Shown here piece after piece: positions 13,446 through 26,668 of a stretch of DNA of 64,000 nucleotides. A model generated the notes under the pieces. It had not been told where the DNA came from. It saw only the letters and a program-made list of their open reading frames with translations, and searched no databases. The DNA is taken from assembly GCF_006345805.1 (NCBI RefSeq), contig NC_043009.1, positions 62,001 through 126,000 on the forward strand. The letters run 5' to 3'. The position numbers were made by a program, and so were the translations under genes. Origin of the DNA: Octopus sinensis. Taxonomy: Eukaryota. The first letter of the stretch is position 1. Each line of letters opens with the position of its first letter.

Positions 13446-14959
13446 GACCAGCTGATTGGATAAGGTGCGCTGGACGATAAGCTCGAGGCAAAATTTTGGG
13501 TTGATGTGGTAGGACGTACATGATGCTGGTAGGCGCCGTTTGTTGACCACTCTTTACGGAGGCAGAAAACCAGACAGTTTGAGCCAACTACTAGTTTGGA
13601 CTGAGTGTTTGTGTATATTTTTTTTTATGCAATAGGATGGATATCGCCAAAGTAAACAAAAAAAGAAACATAATTCAAATCCTACATTTTAAAAAAAATA
13701 GAAAAAATATTTTAAAAAACGAACAAACGAAATTAAATGAACAGAAATTACTTTAGAGAACCGTGGGATAAGAAGATTGGTCGCAGCTGTTTAGGCGCAG
13801 ATGGTTTGGCATGACTGGGTGGTTGGCATTCAGACTGTTTCGGCGACAGTATCGTTTGGTGCTGGTAGCAAACTTACGCAGACATACACGCATGCGCGCA
13901 CAGAAATATACACATACTGATCACACAGATAGAAAGAGCGAATGAGTGAGTGAGAGGTGGAGAGAGAAAGCGAGAGAGAGAGAAAGAGAAAGAGAGAGAA
14001 GGAGAGAGAAAGAAAGAGAGAGAGAAACATTACAATTATAATTGAACACGACTGATATAAACGCTTTCTCTCTGCTCATACACATAAAGGAAACATGCTT
14101 ACACACATAAACATAGAGAGGGAGAGAGAGAGAGAGAAAAGAGGAAGAGGAGGGGAGAAACATTAAAACGAAGTATTAAAACGTCTAATGTCAAATAAGT
14201 CAGCGTCGAATCATCGATGCCAAATAAGCGATAGCAAAACGGTGGCAAAACTGCTATGTCAAGACATCCCATACCAAGAGAAACGAGTTTACTAGGGGGG
14301 TATCTCTTGTGGGTTGCGTGACCTCTTAGAAAGTGTAAGCAAATCTCCCTCACATCACGCCATACCACCATCAAAGAAGACGCGCTAGATAATGTGAATA
14401 AGGTTGTCCCGAGTTCTCTGTCGATAAGGATAAACAAAGACAGGTTGGCCATGACTGGAATACTTTTGATTAAGGTCTACTGAATTAGGGCTGAATCTGG
14501 TGCTAAACAATAACAAGCAGAGACACCGAAGCATTCACTTTCTCTGATGTTTTACTTTTCCTCCCACTCCACCTCTCTTCCCCTCCGCCTCCTTTATTAG
14601 GAGCCCTTGAGGACAGCTGCGTTCTGAATTTCAGAACAAAAGCCAGCTGCCTCAGATTGCAAACTAGACATTAAAACAGACGTCCTACTACGGCAACAAA
14701 AGCACATGTATACGTACTCACAATCATTGGGGAAAATAAAGATTTATTTATTGAGTAATATGCTAGTAAATGAAATAGTGAGATAATTAAAATCACAAAT
14801 AACAAAATAAATATCGTGAGAAAATTTAAAAAGAAAAATAAACGATCCACAAGTACAGGTGTGCACATTACCATCGTATTTCTGTAGAGAGATGCATAAG
14901 TATATGCACTAATTTGAATAAAGAAAGACTACAGCTACTATTACAGTTTACTTATATGC

Positions 14960-17086
14960 TACAGCCATAAATTAGTTCAAACTAGGTTAAATATGTAGCT
15001 GCGGTTAAGGTGTAGAACAGTATCTGTCAGTGTCACCAACGTCGTCATCAGGTTTCAGGTAAACCGATGATGGACCAGGAACGGGATTCTCAAGTGAAGT
15101 AGCATTACGAAAGAGGGCATTTTTAAAGACTTCTTCAAGTGTCATCTGTCTCATTAGCGTAAGTCCCTGATTAAGCAATGTCTCTTTAATTGAGTAAACT
15201 TCCCTAATATGTTGTTCGCCGATAAATGCACGTTGTTCAAGGCTAGATATTAACTGATCTAAGGCGGCGAGCTAACTGAATCGTTAGCACGCCGGGCGAA
15301 ATGCGTAGCCGTATTTCGTCTGCCGTTATGTTCTGAGTTCAAATTCCGCCGAGGTCGACTTTGCATTTCATCCTTTCGGGGTCGATAAATTAAGTACCAG
15401 TTACGTAGTGGGGTCGATGTAATCGACTTAATCTCTTTGTCTGTCCTTGTTTGTCCCCTCTATGTTTAGCCCCTTGTGGGCAATAAAGAAATAAAATATT
15501 AACTGATCACAAATTTTCACCATATCGTCCATAGGATTTTTTAAACTTTTGTTCTCTATGTTGTCATCAATACTGTCTTCATTCTTATTTGTATTTCATA
15601 CCATTTCAGCAATTTCCTTATCAGTCAAAGAATGCACAACAAGTGCATCGTTATCAATGTTTAGCATTTATTGACTTACTCTTGTTACTGTTGATTCATC
15701 AGCTTCATTCCAAGCATTCGCAACTGCGTAGGTAGCATCCTTAACAGCGAACTCTTTCAGACAGTCTTGCATTCTTACTCCTTTATTGACTGCATCAAGC
15801 ACACAGCTCATAAAATTATTTTTGTAGTTGTTCTTCATGGAGCGTTAAATTCCTGGGTCACAAGGTTGTAAAACAGATGTCATACTGGCAGGCAAGTAAA
15901 TGCCGAAAACATTAATTTTCACAAGAAGTTCGACAGGGGGATGTGCAGAGCAGTTGTCCAGGAAGAATAGAATTTTATAATTTTCTCCCAGTTCAGCTTA
16001 CTTGCAATGGTACAAAGTAATTATGGAACTAGTCACAAAATATTTCTTTGCTTACCCATGCTTTCTTGTTTGTTGACTACGCCTTTCAGACATCTCGGAT
16101 GTTGGATTTGTCCAAAGACTGCCAACTTCACCCTGTGTATACCTGCAGCATTAACACATCCAAGAGTGGTCAAACTTTCCTTAGCATCCTTAAAACCTGC
16201 TGGTGCTGTCTCATCTGCCGTTGTTAAGGTTTTTCATGAACGTAGCTGTTTCATCAGTATTGTAAATTTGTTCAGGAGAAAGGTTTTCATCAGATACGAT
16301 CTTGGCAAATTTATCTATGTAATTTTCCGCAACTTCATAATCAGCAGAAGCTTTTTCACTACAGATTTTCAGATATTTTACACCATGGTGCTTCTTAAAT
16401 TTCTGCAGCCAGTTTCTGAATATTGATACTCTCTTCAAATGCTGGATTCTTTATGATATATTCTAGCTTGTTTCGTGGCAAACAAACCATCCAGTGGCAT
16501 ATGTTCCCTTCGTTGTCGAATCCATTCTATCATCACACGGTCAAGATGTTCATTGTTTGCCCTATCTTGAGTTTTCCTATCTTCCATTAGTCATCCCTCA
16601 CTTCAAAACTTCAGCAATTTGTCTTTCTGTTTCTTTAATTCATACACAGTGCTGGTTCCCACATCAGATCCTTCGGTGAGCCGCCGCACAGACACACAAC
16701 GATCAAGTTTCTGTACTAACTCCACTTTCTGCATAACTGATAATGATAAATGTTTCCTTTTCTTATCCTCGCTGTTATCCATTGGGGTATCTGCAGTTCT
16801 TTTTGACATTTTCAGGGTAAATTATATACAAAGTCACAAGAAACAACACATAGACAGCAAACAACGAATGGACGTCTTCTCTCTACGAGTGCTGATCCAC
16901 ACCTAACGCTTGGTGGTAAGTGCTGACCAACCTGCAGAGCGTTACCACGTCATGCCTGAATGAGCCGGGTCACGTTGGTCAGCTGTTTGCGCACCAAATG
17001 ACCCCTGTTACGACGCACTCAGTCCTCCACAAAAAAGTTTGGGGTTTTCCGGATTTTAGATTTCTAGATAAAGGATTGTGTACCTG
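14960..17086 (-). mobile_element. pogo/Tigger (JRK/TIGD-like) DNA transposon, decayed, interrupted by a SINE
   Basis: Minus-strand pieces: HTH_psq MSKRTAD..KRKHLSLSVMQKVELVQKL; CENP-B-like WLQKFKKHHGV...EQIYNTDET; DDE_1 LFFLDNCSAHPP...LPASMTSVLQPCDPGI; C-terminus LEQRAFIGEQ...MRQMTLEEVFK (15100-15250). TIR ...aaggattgtgtacctg (17086) plus TA. The left TIR was not found. Confidence 0.85.
15263..15495 (+). mobile_element. SINE family B with 13-bp target-site duplication, inserted in the Tigger element
   Basis: TSD atattaactgatc at 15247-15259 and 15496-15508. Confidence 0.9.
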
Positions 17087-17099
17087 TATTGCATTGCGT

Positions 17100-17736
17100 C
17101 AGTTTGTTTCGTTATGGGGTGTGAGGCAGTCTTTTGTTGTATTAATGTCTGTATTGTGTTGGGTGTGTAATGAGAATTGTGTTCTTCTGTTGAGTATTTG
17201 TCCTGCTGGTGGTTGTTTATTTTATTAGATATTTATTATATAGAGTGTCTCATGTGTTTGTGGATTGTTTTATTTGGGCTGTAATATTAAATGGATAGTG
17301 TCTTGCGTAGGATGTGGGCTGTTCCTAGCAGAGCTAGTTTTTGGATAGTGTGTAGTGTTGAGGGTCTAGGTATACCTTCTACGTTTTTGTTCATGTGTTT
17401 TTTTTTATCATGCCCAACGCTCCAGTTACTAATTGCATTGTTTTCACCTTCATGCCCCACATCTTGAATGCTTCAATTTCGAGATCCTTGTACTTCCACA
17501 ATTTCTCAATTTCTTTTTCGCCAATATTTTGGTCAGAAGGGAATGCAATGTCTATCAGTAAGCAGGTGTTTTGTTTTCCAATCCTTAATTATTGTCTGAG
17601 ATTTAACTTTGATTTCTTTGTCAGTTTGAAGAGACATATCCCATATGATTGTAACCTGCTTGTCATATACCTTGTTTGCCACACGTTTATACCATTTATT
17701 GTCAGGTTTTATATTGTAGTATTGGCATATTGCCCA

Positions 17737-17745
<9 letters not shown>
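17100..17745 (-). mobile_element. Second, diverged R4/Dong-like fragment beside (TAA)n
   Basis: The minus strand gives KWYK..VTIIWDMSLQTDK...LLIDIAFPSDQNIGEKEIEKLWKYKDLEIE...GALGMIKK...GTAHILRKTLSI* with frameshifts. Its 5' side abuts (TCA)n/(TTA)n at about 17740-17860. Confidence 0.8.
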
Positions 17746-17774
<29 letters not shown>

Positions 17775-17775
17775 C

Positions 17776-17862
<87 letters not shown>

Positions 17863-18129
17863 GGCGTCGAACTGGCAGAGTCGTTAGTGCAGCAGAGAAA
17901 AACGCTATGTGTATTTTTTTTTACACTTTACGTTCTGAGCTGAAATTTCGCCGGGGGTCAAATTTGCCCGTCATCCTTTCGAAGTACAATTCAAGCACAA
18001 GGGACTGATGTAATCGACTACCCAACTGCTCATAAAACTGATAGCCTCATGGCAATACTTAAAACCACCATCAGAGAGAAAGAGAGCGTGAGAGAGAAAT
18101 GTATATTTGCATGCATGTATGTATGTATA

Positions 18130-18331
18130 TTTCTTTATTGTCCACAAAGAGCTAAATTTTTTTTAAGTCGATTATATCGACCCCAGTGCGTAACTGGTAC
18201 TTATTTAATCGACCCCGAAAGGATGAAAGGCAAAGTCGACCTCGGCGGAATTTGAACTCAGAACGTAACGGCAGACGAAATACGGCTACGCATTTCGCCC
18301 GGCGTGCTAACGTTTCTGCCAGCTCACCGCC
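18130..18331 (-). mobile_element. SINE family B copy
   Basis: Reverse complement of the 15263 copy with a partly deleted tail. Confidence 0.85.
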
Positions 18332-18689
18332 TTACCAGTGTATGTATGTATGTATGTATGTGCCCCACACAACGGACCTCCACAATCCAGGCTTCACTTG
18401 GAGCAACGGTTTATTTTCACTTTACAGACTAATACCCCGCACGGACTCCAAAAACACAGCCCCCTCCTCTAAGTGACTGCGTCTCCACCTCCCGCAACAA
18501 GCAACTTTATTTCTTATTTCTTCCTTCTTTTCTCTTTTTTCTTTTTTTCTTTTCTTTGTCTTTTTTTCATTTTCTTTCCTTACGTGCTATTACGTCTTTT
18601 ATTTTATTTTATTTTATTATTTTATTGTTTTATTTTTTTTGTTTATATTTTTTAAATTATTTTATTGTTTTTATAAATTATTGTTCTTA

Positions 18690-20100
18690 TACACAAACAC
18701 ATACACACACATACTCACGTATCCACGAACACACACATACCTCCAACACACCACACACATACAACATACATGCACATATACGCACACATATTTCCACACA
18801 CATACACACACGCATACATACACAAATACACCCCCACACCCCCCACGCGCACAAACACATATGCCCGTGCACGCACACACGTACACAAACGTACACACAC
18901 GCACAGGAATGCACAGAGACCTATCCCATCTAACCCCATGCACACACAGACACACATACCTTTAGACACACACACATAAACGTACACATAGCCACATACA
19001 CGCACCTACTCAAGCACACGCGCGTACACACAATAAAATGAACACAACCTGACACACATCTCCACGGTCACACATACGCACATACACATACACGCACGTA
19101 CATACGCACACAATACACGCACACACACACACATATACACGTACATACACACACACCAGCACAGATGCCCACATATACCTCCAACAAAAAATACTCATAC
19201 AGATACGCACACACTTATACACACATGGGCACAGACACACACGCACATACACGCACGTAAGCACACACACGCACATACACGCACGTAAGCACACACACGC
19301 ACACAAGCACACGCACGCACATTACGCCCAAACAACTCCAACCCCCCCCCACACACACACGCATACACAAATTCACATACACACCGATACATATGCATAC
19401 ACACAATATATGCGCACGCACACACGCACACGAATGCACACACCAAAAACTCACAACTCCACGGATACACGTATATACACCCATATACGCTTACACACAT
19501 ACATACAAACGCACACGTACACGCACACACAACTACACACACATACGACACGCACGCACATACATACACACACACACAAATGAACCCACACATACGTCCC
19601 ATACACACGGCACACAATTATACATACACGCACACAATGATACATACATGTATACACACATACGCAAGTACAAGCACACACTCACACATACACTAAGTAA
19701 AGCACAGTTATTCGCCACACGCCCAAACTCTACGCATACACACACGAACACATACATACACACACACTACAAACAAAACTCACACACGATACATATACAT
19801 ACATGCACACACACACATACTTCAAACTAGCAGTACCTACTACTGACCTGGGGTAAAGACAAAAATAGCCAATCCCAATTCCTTCTTCCTTGACCTTAAA
19901 CATTACTAAGCCCTACAACACGCAAAGATTAACAGCCACAACCACACACACACACATACACACACACACGCACACACACACACACACATGTTATCTTTGC
20001 ACACATACACACACGTGTTATCTTTGCACACATACACACATACACACGCACGCATACGCAGACCTTCGCGCACGCACATATCAACACTTACATACACATT
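18690..20100. repeat. Long imperfect (CA)n/(CACG)n low-complexity tract
   Basis: About 1.4 kb dominated by CA dinucleotides; it explains the many His/Thr and Cys/Val ORFs here. Confidence 0.9.
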
Positions 20101-20241
20101 CCTCCTCCTCTACCACTCTCCTGTCTTTGAAAGAACTTTTCTTCACCCATTTCCTTCCGGTCATTCAAAATGTGACGCCTGTGTACCGTTGGCGATCTTT
20201 TTTCCTCTGTCTTCCCTTCTCTGGATCTTTCTTTCTCCTAT

Positions 20242-20276
20242 GTTTCCGACGAAGAGCTCCGCTCGAAACGTTAAAC
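20242..20276 (+). ncRNA. Minimal type I hammerhead-ribozyme-like motif (Penelope-like-element type), core U4 mutated to C
   Basis: gttt CCGACGA a gagc-tcc-gctc GAAAC GT T aaac: stem I gttt/aaac, stem II gagc/gctc, palindromic loopless stem III ACGU. It lies in a 20100-20370 relic resembling a PLE terminal repeat. Confidence 0.6.
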
Positions 20277-20729
20277 CCTCCTTCTTTCCTTCTTTCCTGA
20301 GCGTCCAATAATAATTTGTTCCACGTCCTGGCGTTGTTGTGTTTTTTGTGCTTTCTTGTTCGGATTAACTCTCTCTCTCTCTCTGTATATATATATATAT
20401 ATACATATATTATATTAAATTAGAGATAAAACCACTATTAGCCAAATCAAATAGTGAAAATCATAAGCCAATCCATAGAAATAAAATTAATTAAAAAAAT
20501 ATAAAATATAAAATATAAAAAATATAAAATTGCAAATTAAAATATTTAAATTAATGTTAAAATTTTAAAAATTATTTAAATAATTTAAACTTATAAATTT
20601 TAAATATATATATATATACTTTTATTATTATTATTATTTTATTTTATTTTATTTATTTATTTATTTATTATTTTTTTAACTATATAACTATCAAAAAGTA
20701 TTAAAAGTTTAATATAAGAAAAAGAGTAA

Positions 20730-20826
20730 AAACACGACGATCGTTTCATGCCCGTAACCAATTCGAATAACAATAATTTAAATTCAATTAATAATTCGAA
20801 TTATGGTTACAGTCAATCTTCAGGTT
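20730..20826 (-). ncRNA. Hammerhead-like motif, left arm (intact core, GUC triplet)
   Basis: Minus strand: CUGAAGA (20823-20817), a hairpin of about 19 bp as stem II, GAAA (20747-20744), palindromic ACGAUCGU, then C. Stem I has only 2 immediate Watson-Crick pairs. Confidence 0.55.
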
Positions 20827-22053
20827 AATTGTAATATTTTAATAAATAATCAGAAATATTTAAACAATATTTTTAATAAATAAATAATATAATAATTTTA
20901 CTTATAAAAAACTCTATTATCAAACTAGAAACTTAACAATTATGATTATATAAAAACATTGATTATAATGTTAAATATTAATTTTAATTTTTAAGTATTA
21001 ATTTTTAAGGTAAGAAACCCACCAATAATCTAATATCAGTAATAGTCAATATCTAATTACATAAATATTTTACAAAAAAACTATTATATTATTAAAAACA
21101 TAAAATTTAAATAATATATAAATTATCAATGAAAATATATAAATGTATATAAATATTATAATTAAGATCTAAAATAATCTCTATAAATAAATATATATGC
21201 ACATGTAATAAAGACCTAATAAATTAATTTTTCATATCTAAAGATGAAATAGCTAATTTCAAAAATATAATTTCAAAAAGTTTATTCGTAAGAATTTACT
21301 TAGCGATAGATATGTTGTTTGATAGCAAGTATACGAGTTGTTTAAAGTTAGGTTTATGTATATACATGTATTAATAGCATTAATTGTAGTTTTACATTTC
21401 TTATAATTATTATTTTAACTTATATATTGTCTTTTTAAATTGATACTTGCTAGTTTTATTATTCCCATTGATAAATATATTTATAGTATTTATTCGATAC
21501 TATATAACTACGAATTGATTATTTCTTTAAGTATTTTAAATATAAGATTTCTGAAAGTTATTATTTAGCCAACGAGATATAAAGATAGTTAATTTGCTAT
21601 AGCGTTCGTTTTAGATTGTTTGTTTGTATTTTTGAAATTAGCTATTTCATCTTTAGATATGAAAAATTAATTTATTAGGTCTTTATTACATGTGCATATA
21701 TATTTATTTATAGAGATTATTTTAGATCTTAATTATGATATTTATATACATTTATATATTTTCATTGATAATTTATATATTATTTAAATTTTATATTTTT
21801 AATAATATAATAGTTTTTTTGTAAAATATTTATGTAATTAGATATTGACTATTACTGATATTAGATTATTGGTGGGTTTCTTACCTTAAAAATTAAAATT
21901 AATATTTAGCATTATAATCAATGTTTTTATATAATCATAATTGTTAAGTTTCTAGTTTGATAATAGAGTTTTTATAAGTAAAATTATTATATTATTTATT
22001 TATTAAAAATATTGTTTAAATATTTCTGATTATTTATTAAAATATTACAATTA

Positions 22054-22150
22054 ACCTGAAGACTGACTGTAGCCATAATTCGAATTATTAATTGAATTGA
22101 AATTATTGTTATTCGAATTGGTTACGGGCATGAAACGATCGTAATGTTTT
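22054..22150 (+). ncRNA. Hammerhead-like motif, right arm (GUA triplet)
   Basis: CTGAAGA 22056-22062, long stem II, GAAA 22132-22135, ACGATCGT 22135-22142, A at 22143; stem I poorly paired. Confidence 0.5.
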
Positions 22151-22537
22151 TACTCTTTATCTTATATTGAACTTTTAATACTTTTTGATAGTTATATAAT
22201 TTAATAAATAAATAAATAAATAAATAAAAAATAAATAAATAAATAAATAAATAAAATAAAATAAAATAATAATAATAAATATATATATATATTTAAAATT
22301 TATAAGTTTAAATTATTTAAATGATTTTTTAAATTTTAACTTTAATTTAAATATTTCAATTTGGAATTTTATATTTTTTAAAATTAATTTTATTTTTATG
22401 TATTGGCTTATGATTTTCACTTTGATTTGCCTAATAGTGGTTTTATCTCTAATTTAATATAATATATATTTATACTATAAAATTAGATCTAATCCTAAAT
22501 CTAATTTTTCCCTGTAAGTTTGGATTTACTCCCTAAT

Positions 22538-22621
<84 letters not shown>

Positions 22622-23633
22622 ATTATATATATATATGTGTGTGTGTAAGAAATACGTATATCATTGAAGAAAAATCGTAAAATATGTATGTCAGGTGACA
22701 TAAATAATAACGATGATGATGATAATGTACATACATAAGCACATGCGCATACACACGTGCACGTACATACACATAAGAAAATGTGAGATGCTTTTGTGCG
22801 CTGTGAAGAGAAGATATTTTGAGAAATTAAAGTAACTTTTTCTCTAAAACAGAAACAAAGAAAAACAAGCGCTTTAGATGAAGCGACTTTGTCAATTACT
22901 CTGACCTCATAGTTCAAGTGGCACTTTATTTTGACCTCGAAAGGATGAAAGACAATACTAACATTGGCAGGATGTAAAGAGTGGGAGGAAATGCTGCTAA
23001 ATATTATTGTCCGACGTTAAGGATTATGCCAACTTACCAACTTATTAATGGCCTCAAATTTTGGCATAAGGCCTGAAATTTGAAGAAAGCGGCAAATCAC
23101 TTTCGTCGACCAGTACTTGACTGTTATTTTATTCTATCGATCACGAATGAATGAAAAATAAATTTGACATCATCAGGAAATGAATCCCGAACATAAAAAG
23201 CTGGAGGAAATTCTCTAAGCATTTTGTTTGATGTGCCAACAATTCTGCTAGCTAAGTACGTTTTCTTAATGATTTCTGTGTTTGGTACAAAGCTAGTAAT
23301 TTTAGGGGAGGGCTCAGTACTTGACTGTTACTTTATTTTATCGACCCTGAAACGATGAGAGGCAAAGCTGACCTTAGTGGGCTTTGGATTCACGATGTAA
23401 AGAATTGGAACAAATGCTGCAAGGCATGTTTTCCAACGTTTTGGCAATTCTATGAATTAGGGGCATCAGATGAGGCGGACATTGTTAGAGCAGTTTACGA
23501 TTTGTATGAGGGGCTTGCATAAAAAGGTGAGGGCAGGAAAGGGAGAGGAAGGGAAAGGGAGAGAAAGGGAGAGAAAGGGAGAGAAAGGGAAAGGGAGAGA
23601 AAGGGAGAGGAAGGAGAACTGTAACAAAATGTA

Positions 23634-24049
23634 TTCTTTTATTCTTTTACTTGTTTCAGTCATTTGACTGTGGCCAGGCTGGAGCACCGCCTTTAGTCGA
23701 GCAAATCGACCCCAGGACTTATTCTTTGTAAGCCTAGTACTTATTCTATCGGTCTCTTTTGCCGAACCGCTAAGTTACGGGGACGTAAACACAACAGCAT
23801 CGGTTGTCAAGCGATGTTGGGGGGGGGGCAAACACAGACACACAAATACACACACACATATATATACATATATATATACATATATACGACAGGCTTCTTT
23901 CAGTTTCCGTCTACCAAATCCACTCACAAGGCTTTGGTCGACCCGAGGCTATAGTAGAAGACACTTGCCCAAGGTACCACGCAGTGGGACTGAACCCGAA
24001 ACCACGTGGTTCGTAAGCAAGCTACTTACCACACAGCCACTCCTACGCC
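23634..24049 (-). mobile_element. SINE family A, full length
   Basis: Reverse complement of 1379-1844 across its length. Confidence 0.88.
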
Positions 24050-24720
24050 TGTATAATTACATAATTTACAAAATACTAATCACATGGATGATGAAATGCA
24101 CCTGACGTAGGGAAGCCTCTGACTCGGGCAAATCAAGAAATCCCACAAATCCAGGTTACTGACCAAAGGATCACAAGGTTATCTATAGGCGCATAATGAT
24201 GATAACGGCTTCTTATTTAAGCGCAAGGCCTGCAATTTTGAGAGAAGGAGGTTTAGTCAATACTACCAACCAGGTATTTGACCAGAACTTTATTTTATCG
24301 ACCACGGAAGGATAAAAGGCCAAGTCAACCTTGGCGAAATTGATCGTAGAACGTAATGAATCGGAAGAAATACTCCAAAGCATTTTAAACAACATGCGAA
24401 CGATTCTGCCAGATCCCAGTTTTTAAACAATTGTTTCTGATTTAGACACAAAGCCAGTAATTTTTGAAGAGAGAAGAGAGACTTACTGGATACCATCCAC
24501 CTCCGTATTTGACTGATACTTTATTTTATCGACTCTAGATGAAAGGTAAAGTTGAACATGACCGGATTTGAGCTCAGAATGTAAAGAACCGGAGCAAATA
24601 CTTGAATGTGTTTTTCCAACACTCTAACTATTCTGGTAAGTTAATATGTTTATCTAATGGGATCGTAATTTTTCGTTTCCTTTCTTCTTCTCCTTCCCTT
24701 TTACTACACACGCACGCACA

Positions 24721-25607
24721 TACACACATAGATATACACACACCCACCATTATATATATACATGTACACGTACGCACGCACTTAATTACATACATATAGC
24801 ATATACACACATAGATATACACACACCCACCATTATATATATACACGTACGCATACGCACGCACTTAATTACATACATATAGCATATACACTCCAGGAGT
24901 CACAAGACTTGAAACACTGGCGTTAATGTTTGCAGTATGTTGACATATTGAATGTGGAGACGAAATAGATATGTACAAAAAAAGTGTCAAATAACAACTG
25001 AGTCGAATTATAATAACCTATGAAATATATTTTAAAATAATACTTTACAAATAAAGTTTATATTTCAGTTTTGAAATATGGATCGATTTACTTCTTACCA
25101 CTTCAGAACACATGTGGCCCATTAAGCAGAAGTATTTATTCCATTACCCATTTTCACTTCAAAAAAATTAGAGGAAGGAGTGTAGAATTTATCCGTCGAT
25201 TACGTAATCGACGGATAAATTCTACACTGGTAAGAAGTAAATCGATCCATATTTCAAAACTGAAATATAAACTTTATTTGTAAAGTATTATTTTAAAATA
25301 TATTTCATAGGTTATTATAATTCGACTCAGTTGTTAAATGACACTTTTTTTGTACATATTTATTTCGTCTCCACATTCAATATGTCAACATACTGCAAAC
25401 ATTAACGCCAGTGTTTCAAGTCTTGTGACTCCTGGAGTGTATATGCTATATGTATGTAATTAAGTGCGTGCGTATGCGTACGTGTATATATATAATGGTG
25501 GGTGTATGTATATCTATGTGTGTATATGCTATATGTATGTAATTAAGTGCGTGCGTACGTGTACGTGTATATATATAATGGTGGGTGTGTGTATATCTAT
25601 GTGTGTA
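24721..25607. repeat. Near-perfect long palindrome (inverted duplication)
   Basis: Arms 24721-25099 and 25229-25607 (379 bp each, about 5 mismatches seen), a perfect 50-bp palindrome at 25179-25228, and 79 extra bp (25100-25178) on the left side only. Confidence 0.95.
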
Positions 25608-26668
25608 AGTTGAAAATTACAGGTTGAGAACTGGGATGGATTTAATCGACTTAAGTCCTGCCCTGAAATTGCTGGCATTGTACCAACATTTGAAATCAAT
25701 ATTAGTAAAGACAGAAAAAAATGCTGGGTTATTCAACTAACATTTTGATATCAGGTCGCTCTTGAATGCTACGGGTAACATGTAACCCAGTACAACTTGT
25801 CGCATGGTCGAGCCATCAGAGACTAAAAGGGTATCCCCACTAAGCTTGCTAGGTGGGAAGGATGATTTATTTGACATCCTGAGGGACAAAAAGCAACCCA
25901 TTAAAAGACAGAGGAACACAAGAGAACCAATGATCATCTAATAATGCGTGAAAGCACGTGGCTTGTTTAGTTAGAGCGTTGTACTGACGGTCGTGAGATC
26001 ATGGTTTCGATCCCTAGATCGGCTGTGCGTTGTGTTCTTGATCAAAACACTCCATTTCACGTTACTCGAGTCCACTCAATGGCAAATGGGTAACCCTATG
26101 ACGGATTAACATATAAGGGTAGAGATGGCGAGACAGGAAAATTACGTGATTAACGGAGGTCACGCAAGTCACCTTTTTATATTCAGCGAACTCGTACTGT
26201 GAATCACCGACAGGTTGGGATTGGTTGTTTAACCAAGTCGAAGGAGAAATGAATGATGAATAGTTTGAACAATATACTCAGACGTCTGTTATGTGTGGTT
26301 CATTTCAAATGAATATCAACCAAACAATTAAGTGATTATTCTGAATAATTTTAATATTCACGTTGTTATAGCCCTAGACTCGCACGAAGACAAAATGAAA
26401 ATAAAAATAATTGAGCTCAGTTCTTTGAAGAAGAAAGTGTGTATTTAGATGTTGACCCACCTCTTACAGATTGCATAATGTGCTAGATGTGATGGCATTT
26501 TATGTGGATAGATAGAATCATTAATCGACACAACTTTGCATGTTATGTTGTCGGTAACATTCATGAAATTGTAATGAAGAGAAGTAGTTAGACCAGTATT
26601 GTTTCGACAATTCACAGATTTAGTGTCGTTGCAACTTGTATTTTTAACGGCGCATACAACATACGTGT

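Larger units (their letters stand above)
20405..22469. mobile_element. AT-rich foldback: two inverted copies of a non-coding repeat carrying a hammerhead-like motif (probable Penelope-like or retrozyme relic)
   Basis: Arms 20405-21267 and 21627-22469 are reverse complements (roughly 90% by eye) around a 359-bp spacer. A third partial copy lies at about 50595-50790. Outer ends adjoin TA-rich runs. Confidence 0.8.

Noticed and set aside
20405-22469. NUMT or mitochondrial control region
   Set aside because: No mitochondrial ORF, tRNA or rRNA motif recognised; the dispersed third copy and ribozyme-like motif fit a nuclear repeat better. BLAST against mtDNA would settle it.
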